A stretch of 64,000 nt of DNA from an uncultured Verrucomicrobiae bacterium. Lineage in GTDB: Bacteria > Verrucomicrobiota > Verrucomicrobiia > Chthoniobacterales > UBA10450. A program made the translations under genes and the position numbers. Every line of letters begins with the position of its first letter. Within the stretch, counting starts at the first letter, position 1. The stretch lies in NCBI GenBank assembly GCA_963735805.1, contig CAVTMK010000004.1, positions 1 to 64,000 of the forward strand. The letters run 5' to 3'. The notes under the pieces were generated by a model, which did no database searches, had not been told where the DNA came from, and saw only the letters and a list, made by a program, of their open reading frames with translations. Shown piece after piece: positions 20,769-32,005 of this stretch.

Positions 20769-22043
20769 TCATGAAGTAACGTTTTCTTGAGGCCGCGTTT
20801 TGTCTTCTCCTGCTTCCAACATTCGAATGCGCTTGTCGACGTATGGCAACCGAATCGTAAGCGTGAGACCTTCGTCTTGGTTGCTCTCGATGGAGAGTTC
20901 CCCGCCATGCTCCCGCACAATGCGACGAACTATTAACAATCCCAATCCCGTTCCAGACGGTTTGGTCGTGAAATAAGGCTCGAATACGCGGCCCATATTT
21001 TCTGCCGACATCCCAGCGCCGGTATCGATGAAACTGACGATTACGTAGGTGTCGTCCAAGTCCGTGCGAATGCGCAGAGTGCCATGGCGCTTCATGGCTT
21101 CGATGCTGTTTTTGATTACGTTATAAAACACCTGCTTCATCTGTTCGCGGTCCAGGTGAAGTAACGGCAGGTCCGCGCGCAGTTCCTGTTCGACGACCAT
21201 GTCACGGTCCTGAATTTCAGGAGTGAAAAATCGCACCGCTTCCTCAACAATCGTGTTCACGTTTTCAGGACGTAGTTGTGGGCGCGACGGCCGGATCGCC
21301 CGCAGAAATTGGGTGACAATAGAATCCAGCCGGCGAACCTCCGACCGTGCGACATCAATCGATTGTTGAAGTTCCGCCTTCGCATTGTTGTCCAACTCTT
21401 GTGCTTTGCGTTCCATCAACTGCAAATGGATGTGCAGCGAGTTGAGTGGATTGCCGATTTCATGCGCGACCCCGGCTGCAAGCAAGGTAAGCGCATTCAA
21501 GCGTTCTGATTCGATGGTTTGCTGGGCTGTGCGTCGGCTCTCCGTGATGTCGCGCAGGATCATGACGTGCCCTACCTGTCCCGCTACTGTCGCTGCGGTC
21601 GATGACCTTGGTCGTCCGCGATCATCACTGTTGGATGCAACACGCCCGGCGTCAGCGACAGCGCCTAAAGCTTCGCGATGCTCGATCAGCAACGGCACGA
21701 TATAAAAATTGATGAAGCGATTTCCCGGATAAAAAATTTCAATATCACGACTGATCGGTCCACCGCTATGGGTGAGCGACCCCCAATCAAGCCCACGAAC
21801 ACGTTCGTCGAGGCGCTTGCCAATTGCATCCTCTGCCTCTAGTCCAAACAACTCGCAAGCTGCATCATTCAAATATGTGACCCGCCCGTTTGAATCCGTC
21901 ACGATGATGCCTTCATGGATCGCATTGAAAACGGTTTCCAGGAAACCTTTCTCCTGGGCCAGGCGGAGGAAATAATTTTGGACATCTTCTGGCCCAATCC
22001 GACCGAGGCGCTCGATCAGTTTCTCAAGAAAACCGGCTTTCAT
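20769..22043 (-). CDS. PAS-domain sensor histidine kinase (NtrB-like)
   Basis: PAS (EGIIVTD...YLN), AHEIGNPL H-box, FTTKPSGTGLGL. Confidence 0.94.
   Translation of the reverse strand: MKAGFLEKLIERLGRIGPEDVQNYFLRLAQEKGFLETVFNAIHEGIIVTDSNGRVTYLNDAACELFGLEAEDAIGKRLDERVRGLDWGSLTHSGGPISRDIEIFYPGNRFINFYIVPLLIEHREALGAVADAGRVASNSDDRGRPRSSTAATVAGQVGHVMILRDITESRRTAQQTIESERLNALTLLAAGVAHEIGNPLNSLHIHLQLMERKAQELDNNAKAELQQSIDVARSEVRRLDSIVTQFLRAIRPSRPQLRPENVNTIVEEAVRFFTPEIQDRDMVVEQELRADLPLLHLDREQMKQVFYNVIKNSIEAMKRHGTLRIRTDLDDTYVIVSFIDTGAGMSAENMGRVFEPYFTTKPSGTGLGLLIVRRIVREHGGELSIESNQDEGLTLTIRLPYVDKRIRMLEAGEDKTRPQENVTS
21587..21661. repeat. Palindromic repeat in frame inside the histidine kinase PAS domain
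   Basis: Terminal inverted repeats CTGTCGCTG/CAGCGACAG; encodes AVADAGRVASNSDDRGRPRSSTAATV; related to 9852-9900 in scpB. Confidence 0.55.
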
Positions 22044-22096
22044 GCCGTTAAATCATTTAAAAAAATGAACGGTCACAACGGAGAATTTCTTCCGAC

Positions 22097-23101
22097 TTAA
22101 CGGTTCACCGCTTCAACCGCTTCCCGCGCCGGCTGCACTTCGACTGTCAGCATTTCCACGCGCAGGTAATTCAATACCACCGGCGCCAGGATCAACCCGG
22201 GGATGCCCATCAGGCGCTCGCCGATGATCAGCGCGATTAAGGTCAACCAAACCGGGTTCCGAATCCGGTCTCCGATGATTTTGCTGTTTAGAAAATATTC
22301 GAGCTTGTGAATCAGAATCAGAAAGACGAGCGCGAAAATCGCCAGCTTTAAGGACACCGTTAAAGCGACGAAGACGATGATGGTATTACTAACAAGATTT
22401 CCCACAATCGGCACAAGACCGCACAGAAGCGTGACTCCAATGAGCAATGGTGCGTGCGGCATTCCAACGGAGATGAGGAAGATCGCGGTCAATCCTGTGT
22501 TAATTAGAGATATGGTGATCTGCGCGCCCATGACCGTGGCGAAACTGCGATAGAAATCGCGGAATCGTGTTGAAACTTCGTCGCAGCAAATGGAGTAGAG
22601 ATTGTTCTTCACGCGATGAGTACCTCGGTAAGGGTCGAGGCCTGTTTTTACGAAGAGGCTCCCGGCTGCGACGATTCCGAGCACAGAGAAAACCAGCACC
22701 GCCGTCGCGCTTCTGGCAAAATTAGCCACGTTCCTCAGGTAATTCGCTTCCTGTCCAAGCGTGTCGATCACAACCTGCCTGAGACTTTCAAAATCAGTGA
22801 ACGGTAACTCGATCTGGCGCTTTTGTGCCCACGCGCTGGCTGAGGGTATCGATGTGTCAGCAACGTCCGGCAACGCCAGAATTGCCGCACGAGTAAGAAA
22901 CACCGCTGCCGTGGCGATCCCGGCGACAACAATGCCAAACAGGATTAAAGCCAGCCATTTTCTTTTCGTGAGAAAATAGAGCTGACGCAATGCGAAGTAA
23001 GAGAACAGCACGACAAGCAGCGGCGCGCCAAGATGGAGAAGACCGGCAAGAATGATTGTAACCGCGAGGACGACATATGAAAGCCGCGTGGGGGTAATCA
23101 T
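22097..23101 (-). CDS. AI-2E family transporter
   Basis: Multi-TM; LVPIVG, LEYFLNSKIIG, GIPGLILAP. Confidence 0.85.
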   Translation of the reverse strand: MITPTRLSYVVLAVTIILAGLLHLGAPLLVVLFSYFALRQLYFLTKRKWLALILFGIVVAGIATAAVFLTRAAILALPDVADTSIPSASAWAQKRQIELPFTDFESLRQVVIDTLGQEANYLRNVANFARSATAVLVFSVLGIVAAGSLFVKTGLDPYRGTHRVKNNLYSICCDEVSTRFRDFYRSFATVMGAQITISLINTGLTAIFLISVGMPHAPLLIGVTLLCGLVPIVGNLVSNTIIVFVALTVSLKLAIFALVFLILIHKLEYFLNSKIIGDRIRNPVWLTLIALIIGERLMGIPGLILAPVVLNYLRVEMLTVEVQPAREAVEAVNR

Positions 23102-23257
23102 TGTGGCTCAATTACTTCAATGTAGCGCAAGCAACCAGTTCGCCATAGGGCGAATCCGCCCCGGCGGACTTGAACCCAAGAAAATCAGTTAATCGCGTGA
23201 CTGGCGATAACGCCAGGCCCTTTTCCGCATCACCTCCAGAAGACGGATTCGCTTCGC

Positions 23258-25399
23258 CTACGCGGCCTGTCCGGTTTCCTTTTCCGCGCGTTCTTTCAAT
23301 GCAGCCTTGCGCGAAAGCTTTACGCGGCCTTTGTCGTCGATCCCGATGCACTTGACCCAAATAGAGTCGCCAACCTTGGCCACGTCTTCTGTTCGTTTCA
23401 CGCGAAAATCCGCAAGCTCGGAAATGTGTACGAGTCCATCTTTGCCCGGGAAAACTTCCACAAACGCGCCAAACTCCTTCGTCGAGACTACGCGTCCTTG
23501 ATATGTTTGACCGATTTCGATCTCACGGGTCATGCCACCGATAATTTCCTTCGCGCGCGCCATGCTCTCGCCACTGGTCGCGTAAATGTGCACAGAGCCG
23601 TCGTCTTCAATATTAATTTCAGCGCCGGTCTCTGCGACAATTCCCTTAATGGTCTTGCCGCCGGGGCCGATGAGCGCGCCGATTTTCTCCGGGTTAATTT
23701 TGACCGTCTCGATCCGTGGTGCGTACTTCGACAACTCCGCTCTGGGCTTGTCCAGTGCGCCGCCCATGATACCGAGAATTTTCGTGCGTGCTTCTTTCGC
23801 GCGCTGGATCGCTTCCGCCATGAGCTGGTGGCTGATACCTGGCAGTTTCAAGTCTAATTGAAAACCAGTGACCCCGGCATCTGTTCCGCAAAGCTTGAAA
23901 TCCATGTCTCCAAAATGATCCTCGGAGCCGATGATGTCGGTGAGCAACTCATAGCGCTTTTCACCCGTACCGGAGTGGCCATCGTCAGATTCAGTGACAA
24001 GTCCGATCGAGATTCCAGCAACTGGCGTTCTTACCGGCACACCTGCATCCATGAGTGCCAGGGTTCCTGCGCACACGCTTGCCATGGAAGTTGATCCATT
24101 TGACTCCATAATCTCGCTCGAGATTCGGATGGCATAACGAAAATCGTTTTCATTTGGCACGATCGGTTCCAGCGACCGCTCTGCCAGCGCGCCGTGACCG
24201 ATCTCACGCCGCCCGGGTCCACCTGTTCGCCCCGTTTCGCCCACGCTAAATGGCGGAAAGTTATAATGCAGAATGAACCGCTTCGATTGTTCGCCACCCC
24301 CGTAGGCATCCAGCATCTGCGCTTCCTCGATGGGAGCCAGGGTAGCGAGCGCGACGGCTTGAGTCTCCCCGCGCTGGAAAATGGCTGAACCGTGTGCGCG
24401 CGGGAGAAAGCTCACTTCGCAACTGATGGGCCGCAGATCCTGGTAACCGCGACCATCAACGCGTTTCTGTTTTTCCAACATACTGACGCGAAACGCCTTC
24501 TTTTGGACGTAATCGAATGCCTGAGAGATCGCAAAAGGATCCGCCTCCGGATGTTTTTCGAGAATCGCCGCCTTTACTTCCTCACGCAAGGCATCGACTG
24601 CCTTAGAGCGCGCGACCTTGCCTTCAGTGTAAAGCGCCCCCACAATCCGATCGCCCGCAACGCGGTAAGCGATGTCGAGCAACTCCTGGTTCACCTGGAG
24701 CAACGGCGATTCGCGCTTGGGCTTGCCCGCCATCGCAGCCAATTCCTTTTGGACCCGTATCATCTCGCGCGCTTGTCCGTGCGCGAACTCAAGCGCTTTG
24801 ATAAATTCGGCTTCGGGCAGTTCCCTGGCGGAGCCTTCGATCATGATTACATCGTTTTCAGTGCCGACATAAACAAGATCGAGATCGCTCTCGGAGCGCT
24901 GCGTGTGCGTCGGATTCGCGACGAACTCGCCGTTCACCCGACCGACGCGAACAGCACCGATTGGACCGGCAAACGGAATATCCGAAATGCATAACGCAGC
25001 GGATGCGCCATTGATCGCCAGAATGTCGGGATCGTTTTCGCCGTCGGCACTAAGCAAGATTGAGATGATCTGCGTGTCGTAAAAATAACCCTTCGGAAAA
25101 AGAGGCCGGAGTGGCCGATCGATCATGCGAGAAGTGAGCGTTTCCTTTTCGGCAGGACGCCCCTCGCGTTTGAAATAGCCACCGGGAAATTTCCCCACAG
25201 CTGCTGCTTTTTCGCGATAATCGACTGTTAGGGGAAAATAATCCTGGCCTTCTTTGATGGTTGTAGCAGACACGGCGCTTGCAAGTACCATGCTGTCGCC
25301 GCACGTAACAACGACTGCGCCGTCGGCGAGTCGGGCGATTTTGCCTGTTTCGATTGAGATTGGAGTGGCCCCAATTTGGGCCGTGACCTTTTGTTGCAT
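23258..25399 (-). CDS. pnp: Polyribonucleotide nucleotidyltransferase
   Basis: [34 protein letters not shown] and S1 domains. Confidence 0.97.
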   Translation of the reverse strand: MQQKVTAQIGATPISIETGKIARLADGAVVVTCGDSMVLASAVSATTIKEGQDYFPLTVDYREKAAAVGKFPGGYFKREGRPAEKETLTSRMIDRPLRPLFPKGYFYDTQIISILLSADGENDPDILAINGASAALCISDIPFAGPIGAVRVGRVNGEFVANPTHTQRSESDLDLVYVGTENDVIMIEGSARELPEAEFIKALEFAHGQAREMIRVQKELAAMAGKPKRESPLLQVNQELLDIAYRVAGDRIVGALYTEGKVARSKAVDALREEVKAAILEKHPEADPFAISQAFDYVQKKAFRVSMLEKQKRVDGRGYQDLRPISCEVSFLPRAHGSAIFQRGETQAVALATLAPIEEAQMLDAYGGGEQSKRFILHYNFPPFSVGETGRTGGPGRREIGHGALAERSLEPIVPNENDFRYAIRISSEIMESNGSTSMASVCAGTLALMDAGVPVRTPVAGISIGLVTESDDGHSGTGEKRYELLTDIIGSEDHFGDMDFKLCGTDAGVTGFQLDLKLPGISHQLMAEAIQRAKEARTKILGIMGGALDKPRAELSKYAPRIETVKINPEKIGALIGPGGKTIKGIVAETGAEINIEDDGSVHIYATSGESMARAKEIIGGMTREIEIGQTYQGRVVSTKEFGAFVEVFPGKDGLVHISELADFRVKRTEDVAKVGDSIWVKCIGIDDKGRVKLSRKAALKERAEKETGQAA

Positions 25400-25421
25400 T
25401 TTACTTTTCCTGGATGTGCGA

Positions 25422-25537
25422 TTCCAGGTCGGTCACCCTGACTGTAGGTTTTAAACCCGCACGAGATCGCTCGCCGTTGGCGAGCGCCACGATCCGAAAC
25501 TAAAACCTAAAATCCAAGATGACTACTGTACCTGGAA
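25422..25537 (-). promoter_or_regulatory. Long irregular hairpin in the rpsO-pnp spacer (candidate RNase III processing / pnp autoregulation site)
   Basis: Nested pairs TTCCAGGT/ACCTGGAA, TAGGTTTTA/TAAAACCTA, GATCG/CGATC and CGCTCGCC/GGCGAGCG. Confidence 0.65.
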
Positions 25538-25619
25538 CGGCTGGTTTATATTTGTTTTTTAATTTTAGTTACAGCTTTGAGCAATTCAAACGGATGGACG
25601 CAAAACCAATGACCGGCGG

Positions 25620-25883
25620 CTATTTGCGCAGGTTCAGCTTGTCGATCAGGTTTTTATAACGATCGGCTTTTGTTTTGCTCAGATAATCCAACAGACTTCG
25701 GCGCTGCGCGACCATCTTAAGTAAGCCGCGCCGCGAAGAGTGATCTTTCCGGTTGGTCTTAAGGTGTTCGGTCAAATGCTCGATCCGGTGGGTGAGAAGT
25801 GCGACCTGCACATCCGCGCTGCCGGTATCTTTTTCATGCAGTTGGAACTCTGTAAGGTTGGACGTTTGATTACTCTCTGCCAT
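25620..25883 (-). CDS. rpsO: 30S ribosomal protein S15
   Basis: [31 protein letters not shown]; start set at ATG 25883. Confidence 0.96.
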   Translation of the reverse strand: MAESNQTSNLTEFQLHEKDTGSADVQVALLTHRIEHLTEHLKTNRKDHSSRRGLLKMVAQRRSLLDYLSKTKADRYKNLIDKLNLRK

Positions 25884-25953
25884 AACGAAGGCGCTAATGT
25901 AGATGAAGACCGCTGTTTGGCAACCCATGCCAGGGAACCTCTCGCGGACCGTG

Positions 25954-26694
25954 TCATTCGTATGCCACGTCTCGTTCCCGTTTTCCGTCGTACCAAAGAC
26001 GCAGTCTCGCTCGCGATCGCGTGACCCGGCGCCCGCCAAGAATCATGACCAACAGGGTGCCGAGAATTTCTTTGGCCGGATACATGCGCAGCTTTCGCCC
26101 AGACGTGAGAACGGGTTTCCGTAGCACCTTGAAACGTCCAAGCTTTCTGAGCGCCAGGCTGAAATAAACCTCTTCTCCAGCAAAGTATTGCTCATCGAAT
26201 CCACCAGTTGCCTCGAAATTGCGTCGTGTGGTGAAAAGAAACGCCCCTGCGCCAAGGTTGAGGCCAAAATACAGGGTGCAAAACACGCGTAACAGAATCC
26301 GGCTCCAGAATGGGATGAATCCATCCATTACACCGCGTGCACTGCCGCCAGCGTAACCTGCTTCGAGAACGGCCATGGCTTCGGTAACGTGGATCCGATT
26401 GATTCGCGTATCCGCGTCAATGAAGAACAAATATTGACCTCGCGCTGCGCGCGCACCGGCGTTTCGGGCGGCGGCGATTTGGCGCCGATGAATCGGGACG
26501 ACTCGGGCACCAGCTTGGTCGGCGATTTCCGGCGTTGCATCCGTTGATGCATCATCAACTACGATAATTTCGAACGGTTGAGACATACCAGAAGCCGCGG
26601 CGCCAATAGCGGCGAGCGTACCGGAAAGCTCTCGTTCTTCATTATAAGCCGGGACGATAAATGAGATCACGTTCTCTTTGAAGTTAGGGTTCAT
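25954..26694 (-). CDS. Glycosyltransferase family 2
   Basis: [32 protein letters not shown]. Confidence 0.9.
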   Translation of the reverse strand: MNPNFKENVISFIVPAYNEERELSGTLAAIGAAASGMSQPFEIIVVDDASTDATPEIADQAGARVVPIHRRQIAAARNAGARAARGQYLFFIDADTRINRIHVTEAMAVLEAGYAGGSARGVMDGFIPFWSRILLRVFCTLYFGLNLGAGAFLFTTRRNFEATGGFDEQYFAGEEVYFSLALRKLGRFKVLRKPVLTSGRKLRMYPAKEILGTLLVMILGGRRVTRSRARLRLWYDGKRERDVAYE

Positions 26695-26804
26695 CGGAGC
26701 CGTTTCAAATCCTTACCGCAAGAGATCAAATTCCGCTCTGAAACAGCCCTCTACAAATCGGCAATCCGATGAATCGCTTGACGTGTCGTCTCCGGGATCG
26801 ACAT

Positions 26805-26969
26805 ATGAGAATGGGTATCCGGTTGCTTGTGATTCTCATTGTATCCCTGGCATTGCTTTCAAGCTGCGTAGACACAAAACAGGCAGACTCCAATTCCGAT
26901 CTTCGAGAAGAGAGCAATCACCCGGTTCACGGCGAAGTAGGCACGATGTACGGTCACACCGCGAGATAA
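26805..26969 (+). CDS. Small hypothetical lipoprotein
   Basis: MRMGIRLLVILIVSLALLSSC lipobox; 54 aa. Confidence 0.55.
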   Translation: MRMGIRLLVILIVSLALLSSCVDTKQADSNSDLREESNHPVHGEVGTMYGHTAR

Positions 26970-27116
26970 GCTCGTGGGCATTCAGCGGGTAAAACCAGGT
27001 CGAGATTGCGCCGCGCGAGCCAGACTTTCCGACTATCCGCGTGCTTCGCCAGCGACTCTTGCATCCTCCAACCGCGATCGAGGAATCACACAACTCTTCA
27101 GAGCGAGCTGCATCGA

Positions 27117-27530
27117 CTATTTGGTGTCGAATTTGATACCAGCCTTCTGGACTTCGCCATAGGGCAACAACCAGACAAGTGACTCATCGTGAAGATCGAC
27201 AACCTGGATGCGGTTCCCCCAGGGATCGCGAAAATCACAGCGAAACGGCGGCTCTAATTTCAGCTTATACTTTTCTTTGAGTTTCTTTCGAACCTCTGCC
27301 AGTTGCGCTTCATCGCGAACCATGATTCCGAAATGACGAAGGTTTGCCGGTTGCACCTTTTCCACTTCGAAAATTGCAAGGAACTGGTGTTCGCCCAATT
27401 TAAAAAACGCATCGCCTTCGCCGCCGTTCATTTGCTCGAGATTGAAAACGTCCTTGTAAAACGCCACCGCCTTTTTGATGTCGTCCACCTCGATAGCCAC
27501 GTGATTGCACCCGTACACTTGCACTCTCAT
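27117..27530 (-). CDS. VOC (glyoxalase) family protein
   Basis: NHVAIEVDD...AFYKDVF, HFG, DPWGNRIQ. Confidence 0.88.
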   Translation of the reverse strand: MRVQVYGCNHVAIEVDDIKKAVAFYKDVFNLEQMNGGEGDAFFKLGEHQFLAIFEVEKVQPANLRHFGIMVRDEAQLAEVRKKLKEKYKLKLEPPFRCDFRDPWGNRIQVVDLHDESLVWLLPYGEVQKAGIKFDTK

Positions 27531-27670
27531 ATGATAAGCTAGCCGAAAAAGAAGGTGTACGCCCCGGAACTTTTGGGAAACAGGTAATGTTCTGCGGCAT
27601 TGTAAAGCGTAAACCGTTACGCGAAACTCCGCCGAACCGAGTCAGCGTAGTCCAAGAAATTATTCGAACG

Positions 27671-29227
27671 ATGCGCGAAGCAATTCCAGTAGCGGCGAAT
27701 GAGAGGTGTTCCAAGGCCGAGCCAATTCTAATAATCCTCTTCAGTGCGGTGGCGCTCGTGGTCCATCTTTTGACAAACGGACGCTATGGCTATTTTCGCG
27801 ACGAACTCTACTACATCGCCTGCGGTCGGCATCTGGCTTTCGGATATGTGGATCAACCTCCGTTCTCGATCCTTCTCCTGTATCTGAGCCAAGTTTTCCT
27901 GGGCAGCTCGTTGTTTGCGATTCGTCTGCTCCCTGCATTAGCAGGTGCGGCGACGGTTGCAATCACGGGTTTGATGGCGCGTGAGCTAGGCGGACGCGGG
28001 TGGGGCATTGCGCTCACCTGCGCGGGTTCGCTTTGCGCGTTGTTCAATTTAGCTGTGGGCAATTTTTTCTCGATGAACGCGTTTGAGCCGCTGTTTTGGA
28101 TGGGCTGCGTTTACCTGCTCGTTCGGATCATCAACGGTGGCTCACCGACCCTTTGGCTTTGGTTCGGTGTTCTGCTGGGAATCGGTCTCGAAAACAAGCA
28201 TTCCACTGCGTTTTTCGCCATCGGCATTTTCGTCGCCCTATTGCTCACGCCAGAGCGCCGTCATTTGGCTCAGAAATGGATTTGGTTCGGTGGCTTGATC
28301 GCGTGTGTAATCGCTTTGCCGAACATTCTATGGCAAGCGCAGCAACAGTGGCCGACCTACGAGCTGTTGAGCAACATCGCTCACAGCAATAAGAATGTCG
28401 CCTTAAGCCCGGCACAATTCATCGTGCAGCAAATTGTTTTCATGAACCCGGGAACACTTCCGTTGTGGCTGTCCGGGCTAATCTGGGTTTTTGGCTCTCG
28501 CGGCGGCAGACGCTATATGGCGCTTGGAATCATTTACCTGGTTGTGCTCGTCGAGTTCATCATTTTGCATGGGAAAAGCTATTACCTCGCGCCCGCGTAC
28601 CCGATGCTCTTCGCAGCGGGAGGGGTCGCCGTGGAACGTGTGTTTGCTCATCAATTGAAATGGTGCAAACCAGCATTGCTCGTCATTATCCTCGTGGCCG
28701 GCGGCCTACTTGCGCCACTGGCCGTACCGATTTTGCCGCCCGGCAGACTCATCGCGTACATGCGAGCGATTGGTATGCAACTGCCGCGTACTGAGACGTC
28801 GCACACAGCTCCACTGCCGCAGATTTTCGCCGATCAATTTGGCTGGCAAGAACTGGTCGCATCGGTGGCGCACGTTTACCATCACTTGCATCCCGAAGAT
28901 GAAAAACGGGCTGCCATCTTTTGCCAAAACTACGGCGAGGCTGGAGCAATCGATTTCTTCGGTCCCACGTTCAACCTGCCACCAGCGATTTCGGGGCATC
29001 AAAACTACTTTCTGTGGGGACCGCGCGATTGGACCGGCGAAGTTGCTTTGGTGCTCGACACGCACGATGACGGCTTGCGCGAACAATTCGCTTCAGTCGA
29101 AGATCTGGGTCAAATCGTGAGCAGTGTTTGGGCGATGCCATTTGAACGAAGGACGCATATTTATCTCTGCCAAGATTTGAAAGCCAGTGTGCGAGAGTTC
29201 TGGCCACGCGTAAAGAAGTGGCTGTAA
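27671..29227 (+). CDS. GT-C membrane glycosyltransferase (family 39 / ArnT-PMT-like); start uncertain (27587 or 27671)
   Basis: YFRDELYY, GYVDQPP, many TM helices, NYGEAGA. Confidence 0.85.
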   Translation: MREAIPVAANERCSKAEPILIILFSAVALVVHLLTNGRYGYFRDELYYIACGRHLAFGYVDQPPFSILLLYLSQVFLGSSLFAIRLLPALAGAATVAITGLMARELGGRGWGIALTCAGSLCALFNLAVGNFFSMNAFEPLFWMGCVYLLVRIINGGSPTLWLWFGVLLGIGLENKHSTAFFAIGIFVALLLTPERRHLAQKWIWFGGLIACVIALPNILWQAQQQWPTYELLSNIAHSNKNVALSPAQFIVQQIVFMNPGTLPLWLSGLIWVFGSRGGRRYMALGIIYLVVLVEFIILHGKSYYLAPAYPMLFAAGGVAVERVFAHQLKWCKPALLVIILVAGGLLAPLAVPILPPGRLIAYMRAIGMQLPRTETSHTAPLPQIFADQFGWQELVASVAHVYHHLHPEDEKRAAIFCQNYGEAGAIDFFGPTFNLPPAISGHQNYFLWGPRDWTGEVALVLDTHDDGLREQFASVEDLGQIVSSVWAMPFERRTHIYLCQDLKASVREFWPRVKKWL

Positions 29228-29237
29228 CGCTTTCCAG

Positions 29238-30257
29238 TCAATCGCGAACGGTATTCATCCCCTGGCGCACAATCCGGTCGATCAGCTGCGGATAGGGAAA
29301 ACCTCCTTTTCCGGCCGAAAGCGCAAAGTCTTCGTCGTCCGCGAGAATTGGATTGGGGTTGGCTTCGATGAAATAGACTCTGTTGTCTGCGCTTAACCGC
29401 AGGTCGATGCGCGCGTAGCCGTCAATAGTAAGCAAACGATAGATGCGTTTGCAGGTGTCCTCGATTTGGGTGACAAGCTGCGGATCGAGGTCTTCGGCGA
29501 ATTGATTTTCCAATCCCCAGCGTTTGCGGTATTCCTCGTCCCATTTCGCCTTGAACGTTGCAATCTTTGGTTCGTTAGGCGGCACCTCCCGGAAAACCAG
29601 CTCGCGGAAGGGAAGCACCGTTAACCGTATGTTGCCGATCAAACTCACATAGAGTTCGCGGCCATCGATATATTCTTCGGCGATCGCATCGCTGTCATAT
29701 TTCTCGTGAATAAAATTCACACGCTCGCGGAACTGCTCATCGCTACCGACCAATGACGCCTGTGAAATACCGTAAGATGCCTCTTCCTTTACTGGCTTTA
29801 CCAAGATTGGAAACGTTAGCTGTTTGGGGCGCGCGATGCGCTGGCCGCGTGGAATTACGACGAAGTGGGGCACATGGATGCCGTGATAATGCAGGATTTT
29901 CTTTGAAATGCCTTTGTGCTTGCAAAGGGTAAGACCAGTCGAACCGCAACCGGTGAAAGGCAGGCCTTGCATCTCAAAAAACGAAACGATGTTCTGATCG
30001 AATCCCGGATTGTTTCGAAACTGTTCGACCAGGTTGAAAAGAATGTCAGGAGCGAAACTCTCCAGCTTCTGACGCACAAGATCCACATCATCGTAAATGG
30101 CAAGATGCTCCGCTGTATAACCGAGCGCGCCTAGCGCGGTCATAACGTCCGCCTCAGTTTTCCAGTCTTTGGTCTTCAATTCCTTGCTGAAATCCTGATC
30201 CACTGTTGTGGGACTCGTGCCGTCGAAAAGTACAAGGACTTTGAGTTTCTTTTTCAC
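29238..30257 (-). CDS. D-Ala-D-Ala ligase-like ATP-grasp protein
   Basis: VKPVKEEASYGIS, EEYIDGRE, GYARIDLR, IEANPNP; lacks the Ddl GGxSxE motif. Confidence 0.85.
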   Translation of the reverse strand: MKKKLKVLVLFDGTSPTTVDQDFSKELKTKDWKTEADVMTALGALGYTAEHLAIYDDVDLVRQKLESFAPDILFNLVEQFRNNPGFDQNIVSFFEMQGLPFTGCGSTGLTLCKHKGISKKILHYHGIHVPHFVVIPRGQRIARPKQLTFPILVKPVKEEASYGISQASLVGSDEQFRERVNFIHEKYDSDAIAEEYIDGRELYVSLIGNIRLTVLPFRELVFREVPPNEPKIATFKAKWDEEYRKRWGLENQFAEDLDPQLVTQIEDTCKRIYRLLTIDGYARIDLRLSADNRVYFIEANPNPILADDEDFALSAGKGGFPYPQLIDRIVRQGMNTVRD

Positions 30258-31274
30258 TTATTTTGTGCGCTTGAATTTCCCCGTAAAAAGATAGTTCATC
30301 ACCAGCGTAGTGATAAATGCACAGACGCGAAAATCCTGTTGCGGATCATCATTGAGCACATGAAGCCCAAGCTGATCGCACCGGCGCGTCAGTCGGGCAA
30401 ACAGCTGGTTCACCCGAAATTTTTTTTCGTTTGTCCACTGGCAGACGGCATTCAACAATCGCCGCCGCCGCCGCTGTAGATACACGCTCGCTTTGATTCC
30501 CGCCGGCGCCCCGAAAAGCTGCCGCAGGTCAGCGTCATAGAAGTCTGGATATGCATCTTCGTAGAGCTTTCGCTTACGCGTATAGTACGTCTTGAGTTTG
30601 ACGTTCAAGCAATCGTAATCAGCGGTGCGATACTCAGGCATGTGAACCGGTGACTTGCCGGCTAAAGAGCGCATTAACTCATCGACATATTCCAGTTTTT
30701 GAAGAGCCCTCCAGCGTGCGTAGTGCTTGCGCCAATCGAGCCCGGGCGTAAGCCAGATAGCGAAAGTCTCTGCGAAATCCTCGTCCGGATGACTCTGTGC
30801 GTACCAGTCTTCGAGATGCATGACATAACTGCGGCTGAACGGTCGCGGCCGGTAGCTATCCGGTGTCTCCTCACGCGAAGTTTGCCCAAAGAGCTCCTGC
30901 CATTTTTTCTTCCGAGTAAGTCGGTACGCATACATGTAAGCGTGGCCGGCTTCATGCCGCATCAATTTCATGAACCATTCGGCTGTCCCTCCCTCGACTT
31001 CCAGCATCATCGTCCGTTCCAACGCTCTCAACCGCTCGTGAACCAGGAAAAAAGGGATAAAAATTGCAGGGATCCCGATTGGCACAAACCATTCATCACC
31101 GACGTGACACGGCGGATGAAACACAAGTCCGCGCGCCGACAGTTCATCATTTAACTGTCGAATAAGCGGCTCCAACGCCGTGCCCTCAAGCTGCAAACCA
31201 AGCGTGGAAATGCGGCGCTCGAGAAGTTCCGCGTCGCTCAGTGATACCCAATCGGCAACTTCCATCTCGCGCAT
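30258..31274 (-). CDS. Putative zinc-binding metallopeptidase
   Basis: HEAGH (HExxH) and YAQSHPDEDFAETF; stop abuts the ATP-grasp start. Confidence 0.82.
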   Translation of the reverse strand: MREMEVADWVSLSDAELLERRISTLGLQLEGTALEPLIRQLNDELSARGLVFHPPCHVGDEWFVPIGIPAIFIPFFLVHERLRALERTMMLEVEGGTAEWFMKLMRHEAGHAYMYAYRLTRKKKWQELFGQTSREETPDSYRPRPFSRSYVMHLEDWYAQSHPDEDFAETFAIWLTPGLDWRKHYARWRALQKLEYVDELMRSLAGKSPVHMPEYRTADYDCLNVKLKTYYTRKRKLYEDAYPDFYDADLRQLFGAPAGIKASVYLQRRRRRLLNAVCQWTNEKKFRVNQLFARLTRRCDQLGLHVLNDDPQQDFRVCAFITTLVMNYLFTGKFKRTK

Positions 31275-31386
31275 CGTATCAGCGACAGACGCCCTGTCAC
31301 GCGTGCTACGTTCCGAGGTTCAGGTTGGACGTAGAACGTCGGACGCTCAAGATTGAATCGCCACGTTAAAGAAATTTTCAGTCAAA

Positions 31387-31980
31387 ATGAAAAGATCTGA
31401 AGAAAAACGGCGCGGCGCATATGTGGATGTCTATCCGGCGCCACAAGCCGTGTCTAATAGCTTACAAGTTCGTCGCGCCACGCGACGGGACGACGAAATT
31501 ATCGCGTGGCATCGAGCCCGCATGTTCCAAGATATGGGTGACGTTTCTGGTGATGCATTTGAAATTCTACGTGCCAAAGCGCGGACACGATTGACGCAAT
31601 GGATTGACAACGGTGATTACGTTGGCTGGCTTGTGGCTCCAGTCGAAAAACCAGAGATGATTGTTGGCGGCGCAGGTGTTCAGCTGCAACCGATCCTGCC
31701 GCGACCACTTGATGTATCGACAATAGGCGAAGCAGGCAGGGAATAATTGTTAATATCTTTACCGAACCGCAATGGCGAAAACGCGGCATCGCCGGGCTGC
31801 TGATCAAGGAAATAATCATCTGGTCCAAGAACGAGCCAGGTCAATCGGCTTATACTTCACGCTTCGGATGAAGGCCGCTCGGTTTACGAGAGATTAGGAT
31901 TCGTCGCGAGCAACGAAATGCGTTTCGTAGGCGATTTGTGTGCACCGGCGAGGCAAGCCGCTAATCACCAGACTCAATGA
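31387..31980 (+). CDS. GNAT N-acetyltransferase, read across two apparent frameshifts (~31735, ~31837)
   Basis: HRARMF, GWL, then NIFTEPQWRKRGIAG and LHASDEGRSVYERLGF in other frames. Confidence 0.75.
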
Positions 31981-32005
31981 TCGGACCTGAGGCGCAGCGA
32001 CAAAA

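Noticed and set aside
31387..31980. GNAT pseudogene
   Set aside because: Two compensating indels with intact motifs; probably artefact
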